Assembly (NCBI GenBank): GCA_964023285.1
Contig: CAXIEN010000093.1
Span: 2,375,739-2,439,738, forward strand
DNA: 64,000 nt
Direction of reading: 5' to 3'
Source: Larinioides sclopetarius
Lineage: Eukaryota
Positions 63,301-64,000 of the stretch are shown in pieces. Position numbers and translations under genes: made by a program. Within the stretch, counting starts at the first letter, position 1, and each line of letters starts with the position of its first letter. Below the pieces are notes generated by a model. It searched no databases. It was not told where the DNA came from and worked only from the letters and a program-made list of their open reading frames with translations.

Positions 63301-64000
63301 TTTAGAAAATATCGGGTTACTTGGGGTAGCTGTTCCAGTTGATTTTTGTGTAATTACAAGAAATCAGCTGTAACGGAACATCTCAAGCGTCGAGTGTTTC
63401 TATTAGTTTCTTAAATGTTTGTAAGGGAAATCAATTAGAGATTATCATTATTTCCAACGTCTCGCAAATAATTTGAAGTTAGATAAATTCAACGTTAATT
63501 TTTTTCTGTTATTAATGATATTTCAGTTTCCTTTTTTTCCCTATTTACGGGGAGTACAGAAAATTTTCGTACCAGAAAATGGTTTTGCGGGAAAGAAAAG
63601 AAAAGGTGGGAAAATTTACAGCTATTTTGATATGCTAATTCTACCCAAATTTCTTCAAAAGACAATAATCATTGAAACGTTATTTCTTAAATACGAATGC
63701 ATGAAAAATATAAAAAAGATATGATCGTTTATAAATTTGTGTAAAACTGAAAAAAATATTATATAATTTTACATATATGATTAAAATATTCGTACTGAAA
63801 AAACACCCGCATAGTTTGATTAGCAGTATGCGATTGATTTAGTGAATTTTTTGTTGATAATTTGCATCCCTTATCTTGCATTGTATATCGTAGCGAATTA
63901 AATAAAACCTGGCTTACTGCAAAGAGCCTGCTTATCTCGATTCGTTTACGACATATACATAATGTTCTGGTGTTATTTTAAATGCTTTAAAAAACGCAAA

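Noticed and set aside
1-64000. A prokaryotic novel system such as a defence island, an operon or a phage element.
   Set aside because: Base composition, spliceosomal introns with GT-AG boundaries, microsatellites and nested eukaryotic DNA transposons (TTAA MITE, hAT with 8-bp TSD) show this is a eukaryotic nuclear locus. No gene cluster or operon structure exists here.

Overview
This window is AT-rich (about 30% GC) eukaryotic nuclear DNA, most likely from an arthropod. It is not a prokaryotic locus: genes are split by introns with clear splice sites (polypyrimidine-AG acceptors, GTAAGT-type donors), there are microsatellites, and interspersed transposable elements are nested inside one another. 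I find no CRISPR array, operon, rRNA or defence-island signature, so the idea of a novel prokaryotic-style system is not supported.

Two protein-coding genes stand out.
- On the minus strand (about 57473 down to 50385) is a three-exon gene for a roughly 1230-aa leucine-rich-repeat protein. It has a signal peptide, an LRRNT cysteine cap, dozens of LRRs, an LRRCT cap and a C-terminal GPI-anchor-like hydrophobic tail. This architecture resembles chaoptin.
- On the plus strand (about 9939 to at least 23349) is a multi-exon gene for a TROVE-domain protein of the Ro60/TEP1 family, including part of the von Willebrand A (vWA) domain. The model is incomplete: the upstream exons and the vWA core were not located.

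The rest of the window is a mosaic of non-autonomous transposons.
- Family-1: a roughly 530-bp repeat that begins with a terminal hairpin, present in at least 6 copies plus a solo terminus. A diverged sister element is nested in one copy.
- A roughly 295-bp MITE flanked by TTAA on both sides (piggyBac-type), 2 copies, both nested in other elements.
- A roughly 1.1-kb element with GGATGTAACGAATA terminal inverted repeats (TIRs), 2 copies on either side of the LRR gene.
- A 2.2-kb non-autonomous hAT element with a perfect 8-bp target-site duplication (TSD).
- A roughly 4-kb element bounded by 220-bp inverted arms.
- A 1.14-kb element with two copies, and a composite family referred to here as element X.
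- Several GC-rich islands of unknown origin, one of which contains a degenerate tRNA-like segment.

Coordinates of splice sites and element ends were read by eye and may be off by 1-2 bp.
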